Positions 1-9,390 of a stretch of DNA of 40,321 nucleotides are shown in pieces. A program made the position numbers and the translations under genes. The notes under the pieces were generated by a model. That model was not told the DNA's origin, made no database searches, and saw only the letters and a program-made list of their open reading frames with translations. The stretch spans positions 1-40,321 of IMG/VR virus record IMGVR_UViG_3300005805_000184; one strand, given 5' to 3'. The stretch is from a virus (Duplodnaviria; Caudoviricetes). The stretch's first letter is position 1. Each line of letters starts with the position of its first letter.

Positions 1-1435
1 TTGAACGCCTTCAGCTCCTTGAGTTCCCTGTGTTCCCTGTGTTCCTTCCAAGCCCTGAAGACCCTGAACGCCTTGATTTCCTTCTGTACCCTGTAGGCCT
101 TGAACACCTTCAATTCCCTGTGTTCCCTGTGTTCCCTGTGTTCCTTCCGAACCCTGTAGTCCTTGAACGCCTTCAGAACCCTGAAGACCCTGAACGCCTT
201 CAACTCCTTGTGTTCCCTGTATTCCTTGAGTTCCTTCTGAACCTTGTAAACCTTGTGTTCCCTGTGTTCCTTCTGAACCCTGAAGACCCTGAACGCCTTC
301 AACACCTTGAGTTCCCTGCGTTCCCTGTGTTCCTTCCGAACCCTGAAGTCCTTGAACGCCTTCAGAACCCTGAAGACCTTGAACGCCTTCAACTCCTTGT
401 GTTCCCTGTGTTCCCTGTGTTCCTTCTGAACCCTGTAGGCCTTGAACCCCAGAGCCTTGAAGACCCTGAACACCTTCGATTCCCTGTGTTCCTTGAGTAC
501 CTTGAGCGCCCTCTGATCCTTGAAGACCTTGAACCCCTGCTCCGGTCATTCCCTGTAAACCTTGTATACCTTCTATTCCTTGTAGACCTTGAACTCCTTG
601 ATTTCCTTCCGATCCTTGTGATCCTTGAGTTCCGTCTATTCCTTGGTTTCCTTGTGTACCTTGAAATCCCTGAATTCCTACATTACCTTGAAGACCTTGA
701 ACCCCATCAGATCCCTGATTTCCCTGTAGTCCGTCAATTCCCTGAACGCCTTGAATACCTTGAACTCCAGTTCCTTGAGATCCCTGTGCACCCTGATCGC
801 CCTGATTTCCCTGTGTACCCTGAACACCCTGAATACCCTGAGATCCGGTTAGTCCTGCTCCTGTTATACCTTGAAGACCTTGTGGACCTCCTGAGCCCTG
901 ATTTCCCTGAAACCCCTGTGTTCCTTGATTACCCTTTAATCCTTGATTGCCTTGATTTCCTTGAAATCCTTGAAATCCTTGTATACCTATTTGTCCCTGA
1001 AGTCCTTGAAGTCCTTGAGATCCCTGGTAACCACCGTCTCCCGTCGGTCCAATTTCTCCGTTTGGACCCTGAGTTCCTTGAAGTCCTTGTAAACCTTGAG
1101 ACCCGGAATTTCCTGTGTAACCCTGACGTCCTTGTAATCCTTGGGTTCCCTGTAATCCTTGTTTTCCCTGTAATCCTTGGAAACCTTGTAGGCCTTGAAT
1201 TCCCTGTGTTCCTATCGATCCTTGAAGACCTTGAGAACCCTGAGGTCCTTGTGATCCAGAAGAACCGGTTGGTCCGGCTGCTGGGCCAGTAGGCCCTTGA
1301 CTTCCTTGAACACCCGATCCAGTTGGTCCTGTTATTCCTATTCCTGTAGGTCCCACCGGTCCAGTGGGTCCTGTTGATCCTGTTGAACCAGAAGGTCCTG
1401 TAGGGCCTCCAGAAGGTCCTGTTGGACCCTGGGCT
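1..1435. repeat. 9-nt-period tandem repeats encoding Gly-X-Gln triplets, with higher-order duplications
   Basis: Units ccctgtgtt / ccttgaacg / ccctgaaga recur; block 159-220 recurs almost identically at 348-409 (189-nt offset). Confidence 0.9.
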
Positions 1436-1977
1436 ATTTCAAATCCAAGAGGCCCAATATAGAGATAACAAGTTATTCTAGGAGGATGTGTCGGATCTAC
1501 ATTATCCGGAAGCCCATTAAGAAACAATATTACACCGCTGTCAGGATCGATTATGTAATCCGTATCGACTCCTTGCGCTATTACAACCGTGTAGTTGTTT
1601 GGATCATTGGGATCCAAACTGGAATCGGAAAGCGCCCAAAGGGTAACATCGTAATTTCCCTGTTGATATATGATCCTTGTTATGTCGTCGGATTTAAAAG
1701 CATACACAGATCCTTCAATGAATTCTAACTCGGCCTTTACTTTCTTCTCTATTAGATCGTATCCGCTGTCGGAATAGATGCTTCCATCTCCGTATGTGTT
1801 GGAATAAAGGGGGTTTGTCGCCGGTATGAGATCCGATTTTGCCCATACCTGTTCTATGTCAACCCTTATGGCAGACGATATGGCTTCTTCAAACGCTTGC
1901 GCGTTTGGATCGGTGTCAGCTACTCGATAAAGCAACTTCTTTTGCAGCGCACTTATTATCTGCTCTGTGGTTAACAT
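1..1977 (-). CDS. Collagen-like (Gly-X-Y repeat) virion fibre protein, 3' end truncated by the window edge
   Basis: Manual minus-strand translation from ATG 1977: [31 protein letters not shown]... (~180 aa globular N-domain), then [17 protein letters not shown]... and long G-X-Q repeats ([12 protein letters not shown]); still in frame at position 1. Absent from the ORF track because no stop lies in the window. Confidence 0.9.
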   Translation of the reverse strand, partial: MLTTEQIISALQKKLLYRVADTDPNAQAFEEAISSAIRVDIEQVWAKSDLIPATNPLYSNTYGDGSIYSDSGYDLIEKKVKAELEFIEGSVYAFKSDDITRIIYQQGNYDVTLWALSDSSLDPNDPNNYTVVIAQGVDTDYIIDPDSGVILFLNGLPDNVDPTHPPRITCYLYIGPLGFEIAQGPTGPSGGPTGPSGSTGSTGPTGPVGPTGIGITGPTGSGVQGSQGPTGPAAGPTGSSGSQGPQGSQGLQGSIGTQGIQGLQGFQGLQGKQGLQGTQGLQGRQGYTGNSGSQGLQGLQGTQGPNGEIGPTGDGGYQGSQGLQGLQGQIGIQGFQGFQGNQGNQGLKGNQGTQGFQGNQGSGGPQGLQGITGAGLTGSQGIQGVQGTQGNQGDQGAQGSQGTGVQGIQGVQGIDGLQGNQGSDGVQGLQGNVGIQGFQGTQGNQGIDGTQGSQGSEGNQGVQGLQGIEGIQGLQGMTGAGVQGLQGSEGAQGTQGTQGIEGVQGLQGSGVQGLQGSEGTQGTQGTQGVEGVQGLQGSEGVQGLQGSEGTQGTQGTQGVEGVQGLQGSEGTQGTQGLQGSEGTQGIQGTQGVEGVQGLQGSEGVQGLQGSEGTQGTQGTQGIEGVQGLQGTEGNQGVQGLQGLEGTQGTQGTQGAEGVQ

Positions 1978-1987
1978 CTAAAATTTT

Positions 1988-2020
1988 TTTGTATATATTT
2001 GTCGTCTTTCGGTATATTTG
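1988..2020 (+). promoter_or_regulatory. Candidate host-type (Bacteroidota-like -33/-7) promoter for the replication operon
   Basis: TTTG at 1988-1991, 21-nt spacer, TATATTTG (TAnnTTTG) at 2013-2020, 25 nt before the topoisomerase ATG. Confidence 0.45.
1992..1997 (-). promoter_or_regulatory. TATATA candidate late promoter of collagen fibre gene
   Basis: TATATA 14 nt upstream of minus-strand ATG 1977; same motif precedes many virion genes. Confidence 0.55.
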
Positions 2021-2045
2021 TTAAAATTCATTTAGAGAGAATTAA

Positions 2046-3863
2046 ATGTCAGTGAATAAAGAAATAGAAGTTTTGTCGGACTTTGAACACGTGTTGAGAA
2101 AGCCGACAATCTATGTAGGATCTGTAGAACCATCTGAAGAAAGGATGCCAATAATTAGATCAGGCACCATTATCGAGGAAGCAAAGACTTTATCCGTGGG
2201 ATTTTATAAGATTCTCAACGAAGCTATCGATAACGCTTTCGATGAGGCAAAGAGACAATCGGGAAAGGTGAAACACATCACGGTTGAATTCAATTCGAAG
2301 GAAAACAGTGCAACCATAATCGACACCGGTGGAGGCTTTAAAAACGCGGAGAAGATTCACCCTAAATCCGGCATGTCAATGGTTGAAACCGCGGTTTCGA
2401 TGTTAAGGGCAGGAAGCAACTTCAATAACGACGGGATCGAAGAAAACATCGTTGGAACCAACGGAATGGGAATATCACTAACAAACATGTTAGCTTCCCA
2501 TTTTAGTATAGAGACCGTGAACCCAACGACGACATACAAACAAACCTGGGAAAACTTCGTATCCAAGGAAAAGGAACATTTCTCCACAAAAAGAGGCGCA
2601 GAAACAGGAACCACAATTAGGTTCGTTCCACGTAAGGATGTTTTTAAAAATTCTAGATGGGATAAGGAATACATTGTCACACAGATGGCCTTTAGAAAGT
2701 GGATACTATCCTTTGACCCTATACTTAAGGATGTTCCGTTCATAGTGAAATGGGATGGTAAAGAGCTTAACCTTCCGAAGTCCTTTATGCCGAAGGAAAC
2801 AATGGTAGTGTCCCATAAGATCGGAACCGTGTGCGTCTATCCAAAGTTTCAGGGATCTATAAGAGCGTCGTTCGTAAACGGAACTCAGGCTTCCAGCACA
2901 GGACAGAGACAGGTTCATGAGCTTGTGATTCACGAGATGTTGAACGAGATCCTTGGGTACGAACAGGCGCACAACTTCTATGAGACCGTGATAACACTGA
3001 ACGTTCCTCCCCGTATCATGAGATTTGGAGATCAGAATAAGACAAGATTTGTAACAACTAGAGAAGAGCTCATGCCTTTGGTAGAGCCGCTCATAAAGAA
3101 GTTAAAGAGGGAGTTTTCAAAGAGCGATCTTGAACTCAGGATCAAGAAGGCCATAGAGGAATACCAACACAAGGGCGAGCTTAAGAAAATAAGAACGGCC
3201 AAGAGGGACAACACGATAAAGTTTAGCGAAAAATACTTTCCGGCAGGAAAGAGAAAAAATCGTATATTCCTTTGCGAAGGTCTTTCGGCCGCAGGTTCGT
3301 TGGCACAAAAGAGGGATAAGGAAGGGGATGCCGTTTACGCCCTTCGCGGAAAGGTGAAGAACACACAAACGCTTTCCGATCTGACGTCGAACCAGGAAAT
3401 CATGGATCTTATAAACATCCTTGGGCTGGACATAGAAAAGGAGACGTGCGATTTTAAACAGATAATAATCGCAACAGATCAGGACGTTGACGGAGAACAC
3501 ATCGCTTCCCTTCTCGTGAACCTGTTTTATAGATGGTTCCCGTACGTCATAAAACAGAAGAAACTCGGTATTCTTGTAAAACCTCTGATGTCCTATGAGC
3601 TTGAGGGAAAGAAGGGAAGGAACTACGTTTACAGCCTGGAACAATACAAGAAGACGGTATCTTCGGGGAAAAAACCAAGGAACGTTAGATACCTTAAAGG
3701 TCTTGGAAGTAACGACATCCAGGACTGGGAGTGGATATTTAAGAACATCGATATACAGCTTTTTAGGGAAGATTCCCAGGCTCTTAGGTATCTTGACATT
3801 GCATTTGGTCCTTCCGCACAAAAAAGGAAGGACTGGCTACAAACAACACCTTCTTACCAATAG
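2046..3863 (+). CDS. Type II DNA topoisomerase large subunit (T4 gp39+gp60 / GyrB-like)
   Basis: GHKL motifs EAIDNAFDE, DTGGG, GTNGMG; TOPRIM motifs EGLSA, LRGK, DQDVDG; RYLKGLG. Confidence 0.95.
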   Translation: MSVNKEIEVLSDFEHVLRKPTIYVGSVEPSEERMPIIRSGTIIEEAKTLSVGFYKILNEAIDNAFDEAKRQSGKVKHITVEFNSKENSATIIDTGGGFKNAEKIHPKSGMSMVETAVSMLRAGSNFNNDGIEENIVGTNGMGISLTNMLASHFSIETVNPTTTYKQTWENFVSKEKEHFSTKRGAETGTTIRFVPRKDVFKNSRWDKEYIVTQMAFRKWILSFDPILKDVPFIVKWDGKELNLPKSFMPKETMVVSHKIGTVCVYPKFQGSIRASFVNGTQASSTGQRQVHELVIHEMLNEILGYEQAHNFYETVITLNVPPRIMRFGDQNKTRFVTTREELMPLVEPLIKKLKREFSKSDLELRIKKAIEEYQHKGELKKIRTAKRDNTIKFSEKYFPAGKRKNRIFLCEGLSAAGSLAQKRDKEGDAVYALRGKVKNTQTLSDLTSNQEIMDLINILGLDIEKETCDFKQIIIATDQDVDGEHIASLLVNLFYRWFPYVIKQKKLGILVKPLMSYELEGKKGRNYVYSLEQYKKTVSSGKKPRNVRYLKGLGSNDIQDWEWIFKNIDIQLFREDSQALRYLDIAFGPSAQKRKDWLQTTPSYQ

Positions 3864-3871
3864 GAGAATTT

Positions 3872-4522
3872 ATGATCAGGGTCCCTAGGGAAATCCTGTC
3901 AAAGGACAAGAAGTATTACGTTGCTGTATCTATGGGTATCGATTCTCTCGCTGCCTTGTTCTGGTTAATCAACGAAGGATTTTCTGTGACGGCAATACAT
4001 TTGAACCACTCTTTGCGTCCGCAGAACGATGAAATGCAACAGTCCTTTGTTCGTGTCTGTGAATCGTTTTCAATTCCATACATCACAGAATCGGTGAAGT
4101 GTGATCCAATTGAGAGCGACTGTAGGACAAAGAGGCTTGAGTTCTTTTCCAAAGTGGCAAATTGCGGAACCGTAATCACCGCGCATCACTTAAACGATTG
4201 GGTCGAGAGCTACCTAATGAATTGCATACGTGGTTGTCCGGAAAAAAATCCCTTTGAGGTAGAAACAAGGTTCAAGAATTTTAACGTCCTACATCCGTTT
4301 CTTTTGACACGAAAGTGTGACTTTGAGGAATACATCGAAAGAAACATGTTAATGAAGTTTTTCGTAGAAGACGAGACAAACCTTGTTAACAAGGGATCAA
4401 GGAGAAACTGGGTGAGAAACGATCTAATTCCATTGATGAAACAGCAGGATATCTCCTTGGAAAAATTTGCAAAGAGATCGATCAACGATCTATATGACCA
4501 ATACATTGATTCTATACTATAA
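3872..4522 (+). CDS. tilS: TilS-like tRNA(Ile)-lysidine synthetase, catalytic PP-loop domain only
   Basis: VAVSMGIDS (PP-loop variant), HLNHSLR, TAHHLNDWVESYLMN, HPFL, EDETN...RRNWVRNDLIP; 216 aa, no C-terminal domains. Confidence 0.85.
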   Translation: MIRVPREILSKDKKYYVAVSMGIDSLAALFWLINEGFSVTAIHLNHSLRPQNDEMQQSFVRVCESFSIPYITESVKCDPIESDCRTKRLEFFSKVANCGTVITAHHLNDWVESYLMNCIRGCPEKNPFEVETRFKNFNVLHPFLLTRKCDFEEYIERNMLMKFFVEDETNLVNKGSRRNWVRNDLIPLMKQQDISLEKFAKRSINDLYDQYIDSIL

Positions 4523-4536
4523 CCAAAAACAATAAT

Positions 4537-5892
4537 ATGGCAGACATAACGATAAAAAGACAGATAGACGAGGGATATAGAAGATACGCCCTTTACGTGA
4601 TTGAATCCCGAGGAATACCTAATTGGTATGATTCGTTGACCAACGTTCAAAGGATACTTATAGACAACTGTCCGTCTTCGTTCAACAAGACCCTTTCCGT
4701 GGTAGGTGCAGCGATATCCGCAGGATATCATTCGGGAGATGCATCTCTTGTTTCTACCATAAACAGGCTTGCAAGACCTTTCAACTGTGCCGAGCCTGTG
4801 ATGATAGGCGATGGATTTTTTGGTTGTCCTGTTTCCCCCAACGCGGCGAGCGCAAGGTACACATCGGTAAAGATGAACCCGAAGATGAAGTCGATAGTCG
4901 ATAAGTACTATCACTTGAACGTCAAAAACGAGGAATCGCTTTACGACCAACTCACAGTTGATGTTCCATTTGGATTATCGATAGGTATAATGGGAATCGC
5001 TGTTGGATACAAGTCCACCATAATCCCGAGAAGGATCGAAGACATAGTTGAATTCATTGAAGGCAAGAGAAAAAGTGTAAACCCGTACTTTAAGGGATTT
5101 ACAGGAAAGGTATCTAAACACGGAGATAATAAAACCTGGATGTTGGAAGGATCGATAGAGATAAGCGATAGCGATAGGAAGATAAAGGTAACTAGTCTAC
5201 CGCCACTCGTAAAATTTGATTCTTTCCTGAAGAAGGTGAGCAACATACTCAACGGTGTAGATTTCGATTTTGTTAACAACAGTTCCGATGAGGTAGACGT
5301 AACCGTAACCGTTTCTCATAGGGAGGACGTTGATGTATGGAAAGAGGTTCGTGATCAGATAGAAAAGGCAACAAAGATAATAGTTCACGAATCCATAGTT
5401 TTCATCAGAAACAAGACCGTCATCGAATACGAAAGGCTCGAAGATTACCTCTTGGACTTTAAAGACGAGATAGAAAAAATCAAGCTTTTTCACCTTGATT
5501 GGACAGTTACTAAGGAAACCTTTGAACTTGAGTATCTTAAGGCAAAGCTTGAATACCTAAAGTTTATGGTTGCAAAAAAGCGGAACGAAAAGGAAATCGA
5601 TGAGTTTCTTTCTAAGTTCCAAAAAAACATATCCGCAAGATTGGATTCTATAAAGCTTAGATCCCTGTCTAACCAAGAAATAGACAGAACCGTTCAGCTC
5701 ATAAAGGATCAGGAATCAAAACTCAAGGAATTCATCAAACAACAGAAACAACAAAACACGTTGGTTGCTTCAATGAAATTTGAGCTAAGGGGAAAGAAGA
5801 TAAAACCGGCCGAACAGCTATTTGAAAACGAAGATATTGACGGTATAGAAGTGTTTAATGTAGAAGAACCAGAACAAGAAACAGAAGTATAA
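4537..5892 (+). CDS. Type II DNA topoisomerase medium subunit (T4 gp52 / GyrA-like)
   Basis: YALYVIESRGIP..DSLTNVQR, YHSGDAS, catalytic SARYT, GIAVGY. Confidence 0.93.
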   Translation: MADITIKRQIDEGYRRYALYVIESRGIPNWYDSLTNVQRILIDNCPSSFNKTLSVVGAAISAGYHSGDASLVSTINRLARPFNCAEPVMIGDGFFGCPVSPNAASARYTSVKMNPKMKSIVDKYYHLNVKNEESLYDQLTVDVPFGLSIGIMGIAVGYKSTIIPRRIEDIVEFIEGKRKSVNPYFKGFTGKVSKHGDNKTWMLEGSIEISDSDRKIKVTSLPPLVKFDSFLKKVSNILNGVDFDFVNNSSDEVDVTVTVSHREDVDVWKEVRDQIEKATKIIVHESIVFIRNKTVIEYERLEDYLLDFKDEIEKIKLFHLDWTVTKETFELEYLKAKLEYLKFMVAKKRNEKEIDEFLSKFQKNISARLDSIKLRSLSNQEIDRTVQLIKDQESKLKEFIKQQKQQNTLVASMKFELRGKKIKPAEQLFENEDIDGIEVFNVEEPEQETEV

Positions 5893-5915
5893 AACATAAA
5901 AAAAGGAATAACCAC

Positions 5916-6674
5916 ATGGCAACTACACAATTTGTTATAAAAACGGAAAACATACAGAAGTTTAGAGATTTTCTAGAGAAGTTTAAGAAGATAAGTCAGT
6001 CTCTTTTGATAGAGGTCTATTCTGATAGGATCGTATCAAAGATGTACACGCCTGATAAGGGTTTCATAAAGAGAAGCCAAATAGAAATAGAAACGTTGGG
6101 CGAATTCGAAAAGAAGCCATCTAACGTTATAAAGGTTCCTTTCTTCAATATCGATCGTGTAATGAAGAACATTGATCTTCTTCCCGAAGGGGAAATAGAA
6201 ATCGTTTTTGTTTGTGAACAGCACAAAGAGACCTTCCTTTGTTCACAGGTGAAATTCGTTTCAGAGACCTTAAAGATATCTAACGCTTGCACAGAGTTGG
6301 ATTACGTAGTTTCTCTTGGGGATCAGGTGTACGACGGCATAATAAAGTCTGCCGAGAAAGGTGCACAAACCACAATACACAAAACCCACATGAAGAAGGT
6401 CATGTCACTGTTTGACATCGACTCTTCTGAAAAAACCATATCAATAAGAATGGACGAGGAAACCGGAAGGATACACGTTTTTAATAGCATGTACGATTAT
6501 CAGCTTCCTTCTGAGGTTACAGGTTCTCTAGAAAAATCGATACGTGTAAAGAAAGAGTTTCTTTCCTACATAGGCGAAGACAATTTTAAGCTTAACATTA
6601 CTGAAGACAAGGTCATCACGCATTCCACGGAATCTGATACAACTTCTATAATAGGGGTAGTTAATGAAGATTGA
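5916..6674 (+). CDS. Probable DNA polymerase sliding clamp (gp45/PCNA-like)
   Basis: 252 aa, alpha/beta pattern typical of clamps (FRDFLEKFKKISQSLLIEV), overlaps the polymerase gene. No diagnostic motif. Confidence 0.6.
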   Translation: MATTQFVIKTENIQKFRDFLEKFKKISQSLLIEVYSDRIVSKMYTPDKGFIKRSQIEIETLGEFEKKPSNVIKVPFFNIDRVMKNIDLLPEGEIEIVFVCEQHKETFLCSQVKFVSETLKISNACTELDYVVSLGDQVYDGIIKSAEKGAQTTIHKTHMKKVMSLFDIDSSEKTISIRMDEETGRIHVFNSMYDYQLPSEVTGSLEKSIRVKKEFLSYIGEDNFKLNITEDKVITHSTESDTTSIIGVVNED

Positions 6675-7854
6675 TTCGATATCTTTTGATATTGATGATT
6701 GGAAGCACAAGAACGCAGATGAGATACAATGTGAGATAGATCGCCTTGAGATAATAAGAACCCAAAAGACAAATGAAGAACAGTCGATAAAGCTGCTCAT
6801 CAACTCTGTTTACGGTGCGTACGGAAGCAAATACTTCATAATGTACAACACCGATATAGCAGAGGCTATAACACTTCAGGGTCAGGACATTATCAAGAAC
6901 GCAGATAAGTACATTAACTTGTATTTCAGAGAGTTTTGGCACAAGGACAAATCTGTTCATTCTTCTATGGGAATAGATGAAGAGGTCCAACCAATTTCTG
7001 AGGTTGTCACTTTTTATAACGATACCGATTCTTCTTATGTCACGTTTGAACCTGTTCTAAAGAGTTGTAACTGGAAAGGCGATCCTAAACAGTTCGTTTT
7101 AAATCTCTATGACATTAGATTAAAGGAATTCCTAAACAAATGTTTTGATAAGTACGGTGAACGTTACAACACCAAGAACCTGCAGAACTTTGAGATGGAA
7201 ATGATATCCGAATCAGCTATATTCATAGCAAAGAAGAAATACGTTTTGAACCCCGTTTGGAAAGATCCGGGAATAGACATCCCCAGTCTTAGTAAGATAA
7301 AACCAAAAGGAGTAGAAATTGTACAGGGATCCACTCCTCCTTTTATTAGGACCAAGATGATAGATTTGATGCGTTACATATTCACTCATAAAAAATCTAT
7401 ACAGTACGCAGAGTTTGTTAAGATACTAAAGTCTCTAAAGTCGGAATTCAAGATTCAACCAATAGAAAAGATTTCCATAACAAAGGGAATTAGCGATTAC
7501 GAAAAGTACATCGCAAACGATAGGGATCTAGAAAAACCGTTTGAGGTAAGAAGCAAATGTCCTGTTCATGTAAGGGCAGCAGGCTATTACAACTACATGT
7601 TAAATCAGAACAAAAAGTGGAAATCAAAATATGAAATGATAAGGTCCGGAGACAAGGTTAAGTACTATTATTCAGAAGGAGAGGATCAGGTTTTTGCATA
7701 TCACACCGACTCTTTTCCGTACGAATTTGCTCCAAAGATGAACTTTGACATACAGTTTGAAAAAACCCTTATATCTCCGATAAACAGGTTCCTTGAGGTG
7801 ATAGGTTTACCTCCTGTTCCTGGAAATCTAATAACTTCAAAAACACTATTTTAA
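6664..7854 (+). CDS. Family B DNA polymerase, C-terminal subunit of a split gp43
   Basis: Motif B KLLINSVYG near the N-terminus, motif C YNDTDS, KKKY, KGVEIV; no exonuclease domain or motif A; 396 aa. Confidence 0.9.
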   Translation: MKIDSISFDIDDWKHKNADEIQCEIDRLEIIRTQKTNEEQSIKLLINSVYGAYGSKYFIMYNTDIAEAITLQGQDIIKNADKYINLYFREFWHKDKSVHSSMGIDEEVQPISEVVTFYNDTDSSYVTFEPVLKSCNWKGDPKQFVLNLYDIRLKEFLNKCFDKYGERYNTKNLQNFEMEMISESAIFIAKKKYVLNPVWKDPGIDIPSLSKIKPKGVEIVQGSTPPFIRTKMIDLMRYIFTHKKSIQYAEFVKILKSLKSEFKIQPIEKISITKGISDYEKYIANDRDLEKPFEVRSKCPVHVRAAGYYNYMLNQNKKWKSKYEMIRSGDKVKYYYSEGEDQVFAYHTDSFPYEFAPKMNFDIQFEKTLISPINRFLEVIGLPPVPGNLITSKTLF

Positions 7855-7871
7855 AATAAAGGAATCATCCG

Positions 7872-9116
7872 ATGGCAAAAACATTTTCATTTGAGGATCT
7901 GGATAAAACCCTATCAAAGGTCAGTGATCTTGGATCAATATTGACCGAGAACAAGTTTTCAAAGATCGACGAGTACATTTCAACAGGTAATTACGTATTA
8001 AACGCGCAGATATCAGGGTCTCTGTTTGGCGGAATACCAAACACAAGAAGCGTAGCGCTCAGCGGAGAATCCGGGGTGGGAAAATCGTTCCTCTGCTTGA
8101 ACATAGCAAGGGAAGCACAGAAACAGGGATACTACATAATATACTGCGATTCCGAGTCTGCCATAGATGAAGACATAGCAAGAAAGTTTGGATTGGATCC
8201 AGAAAAGATACGCTATCAACCGGTCAATACAATAAAGAGTCTGAAAGTTTTTTGCGCCAACCTTTATGATCAGCTAAAGGAAAAGAAGGACAAGGGGTTT
8301 GAAGTTCCAAAGATCATGGTCATAGTAGACTCAATTGGAAACCTTGCCACAGAAAAAGAAAGAAACGATGCTCTGGCAGGAAGCGACAAGAAAGACATGA
8401 CAAGGGCAGGAGACATACGATCACTGTTTAGGATCATAACAACAGATCTAGCAGAATTGAAGATACCCCTGGTTTTCACCAATCACAGTTACACAGCCGT
8501 AGGTGCATACGTTCCAACCCAGATAATGTCCGGCGGTGGTGGTGCAATATATGCCGCTTCGATAATCCTTATGCTTTCAAAAGCAAACCTAAAGGAAAAC
8601 AACAAGGAAGCAGAAAAGATGGGAATGACAAAGACCGGGGTTTTGGTCACATCCAAACCAACCAAGAATCGTTTTGCCAAACCTATACCTGTAAAGTTTC
8701 ATATTTCCTTCTACAACGGAATGAATCCGTTTGTCGGACTAGAAAGGTACGTTTCTTGGGAAACCGTTGGAATTGGACCAGGAAAGCTAGAGGAGTTAAT
8801 AGAAGAAAGACCTATATTGGATGAGGACGGAAATCCTGTCATAAAGAGAGGAAAACCAGTCGTAGAAAAGATAGAAACAGGAGAGTATACCTACATTCCT
8901 GACGATTCTGCAAACCCAAAGACATTCGCCGTAAAACACCTAGGCTCAACGATAAAGGCGGGACAACTTTTCACTTCATCGGTATTTACAGAAGAGATAT
9001 TAAAATCACTAGACGAAAATGTCATAAAGCCTTTATTTGAACTTCCAAACATAGTAGGATCGGAAAGCATGTCAGAAATATACGGTGAGTTTGATGAAGA
9101 AGACATACTTGATTAA
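7872..9116 (+). CDS. uvsX: UvsX/RecA-like recombinase
   Basis: STGNYVLN, Walker A GESGVGKS, DSESA, Walker B IVDSIG, TNH, SGGGG, KNRF. Confidence 0.93.
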   Translation: MAKTFSFEDLDKTLSKVSDLGSILTENKFSKIDEYISTGNYVLNAQISGSLFGGIPNTRSVALSGESGVGKSFLCLNIAREAQKQGYYIIYCDSESAIDEDIARKFGLDPEKIRYQPVNTIKSLKVFCANLYDQLKEKKDKGFEVPKIMVIVDSIGNLATEKERNDALAGSDKKDMTRAGDIRSLFRIITTDLAELKIPLVFTNHSYTAVGAYVPTQIMSGGGGAIYAASIILMLSKANLKENNKEAEKMGMTKTGVLVTSKPTKNRFAKPIPVKFHISFYNGMNPFVGLERYVSWETVGIGPGKLEELIEERPILDEDGNPVIKRGKPVVEKIETGEYTYIPDDSANPKTFAVKHLGSTIKAGQLFTSSVFTEEILKSLDENVIKPLFELPNIVGSESMSEIYGEFDEEDILD

Positions 9117-9390
9117 GGAAAAGTTAAAACTCAAGTACATCCTTGGAACCTATCTAAATTCCGATGGATATCTATGTTATGAGGATGCGATGTACGATAT
9201 ATTCAGATACATGGAAGAAAAGGGATCAGATTCGATATCCCATTCTAGTATACATTACGCGCTAAAATTCAAGGTCAATTCAGAATACGTCGATAAATTG
9301 ACAGAATGGGCAACAGAAAAAGGATATTTTGACAAGAAGATTTCATCGACAAAAACAAGTTATAAAATAATTAAATCTCCGTTTAAATGA
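9094..9390 (+). CDS. Hypothetical protein (possible winged-helix)
   Basis: Fills the gap between uvsX and helicase with overlaps at both ends; start uncertain (GTG 9085 or ATG 9094). Confidence 0.6.
   Translation: MKKTYLIKEKLKLKYILGTYLNSDGYLCYEDAMYDIFRYMEEKGSDSISHSSIHYALKFKVNSEYVDKLTEWATEKGYFDKKISSTKTSYKIIKSPFK

Noticed and set aside
30-1292. 420-aa plus-strand ORF rich in P/L/V/F/E
   Set aside because: Antisense shadow of the Gly-X-Gln collagen repeats; the minus frame has a start, promoter motif and globular domain.
1-1435. Repeat array as CRISPR or satellite
   Set aside because: 9-nt coding periodicity with synonymous variation; no constant repeat with unique spacers.
6664-7854. Intein or intron explaining the partial polymerase
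   Set aside because: No intein terminal motifs, homing endonuclease or intervening non-coding sequence seen.
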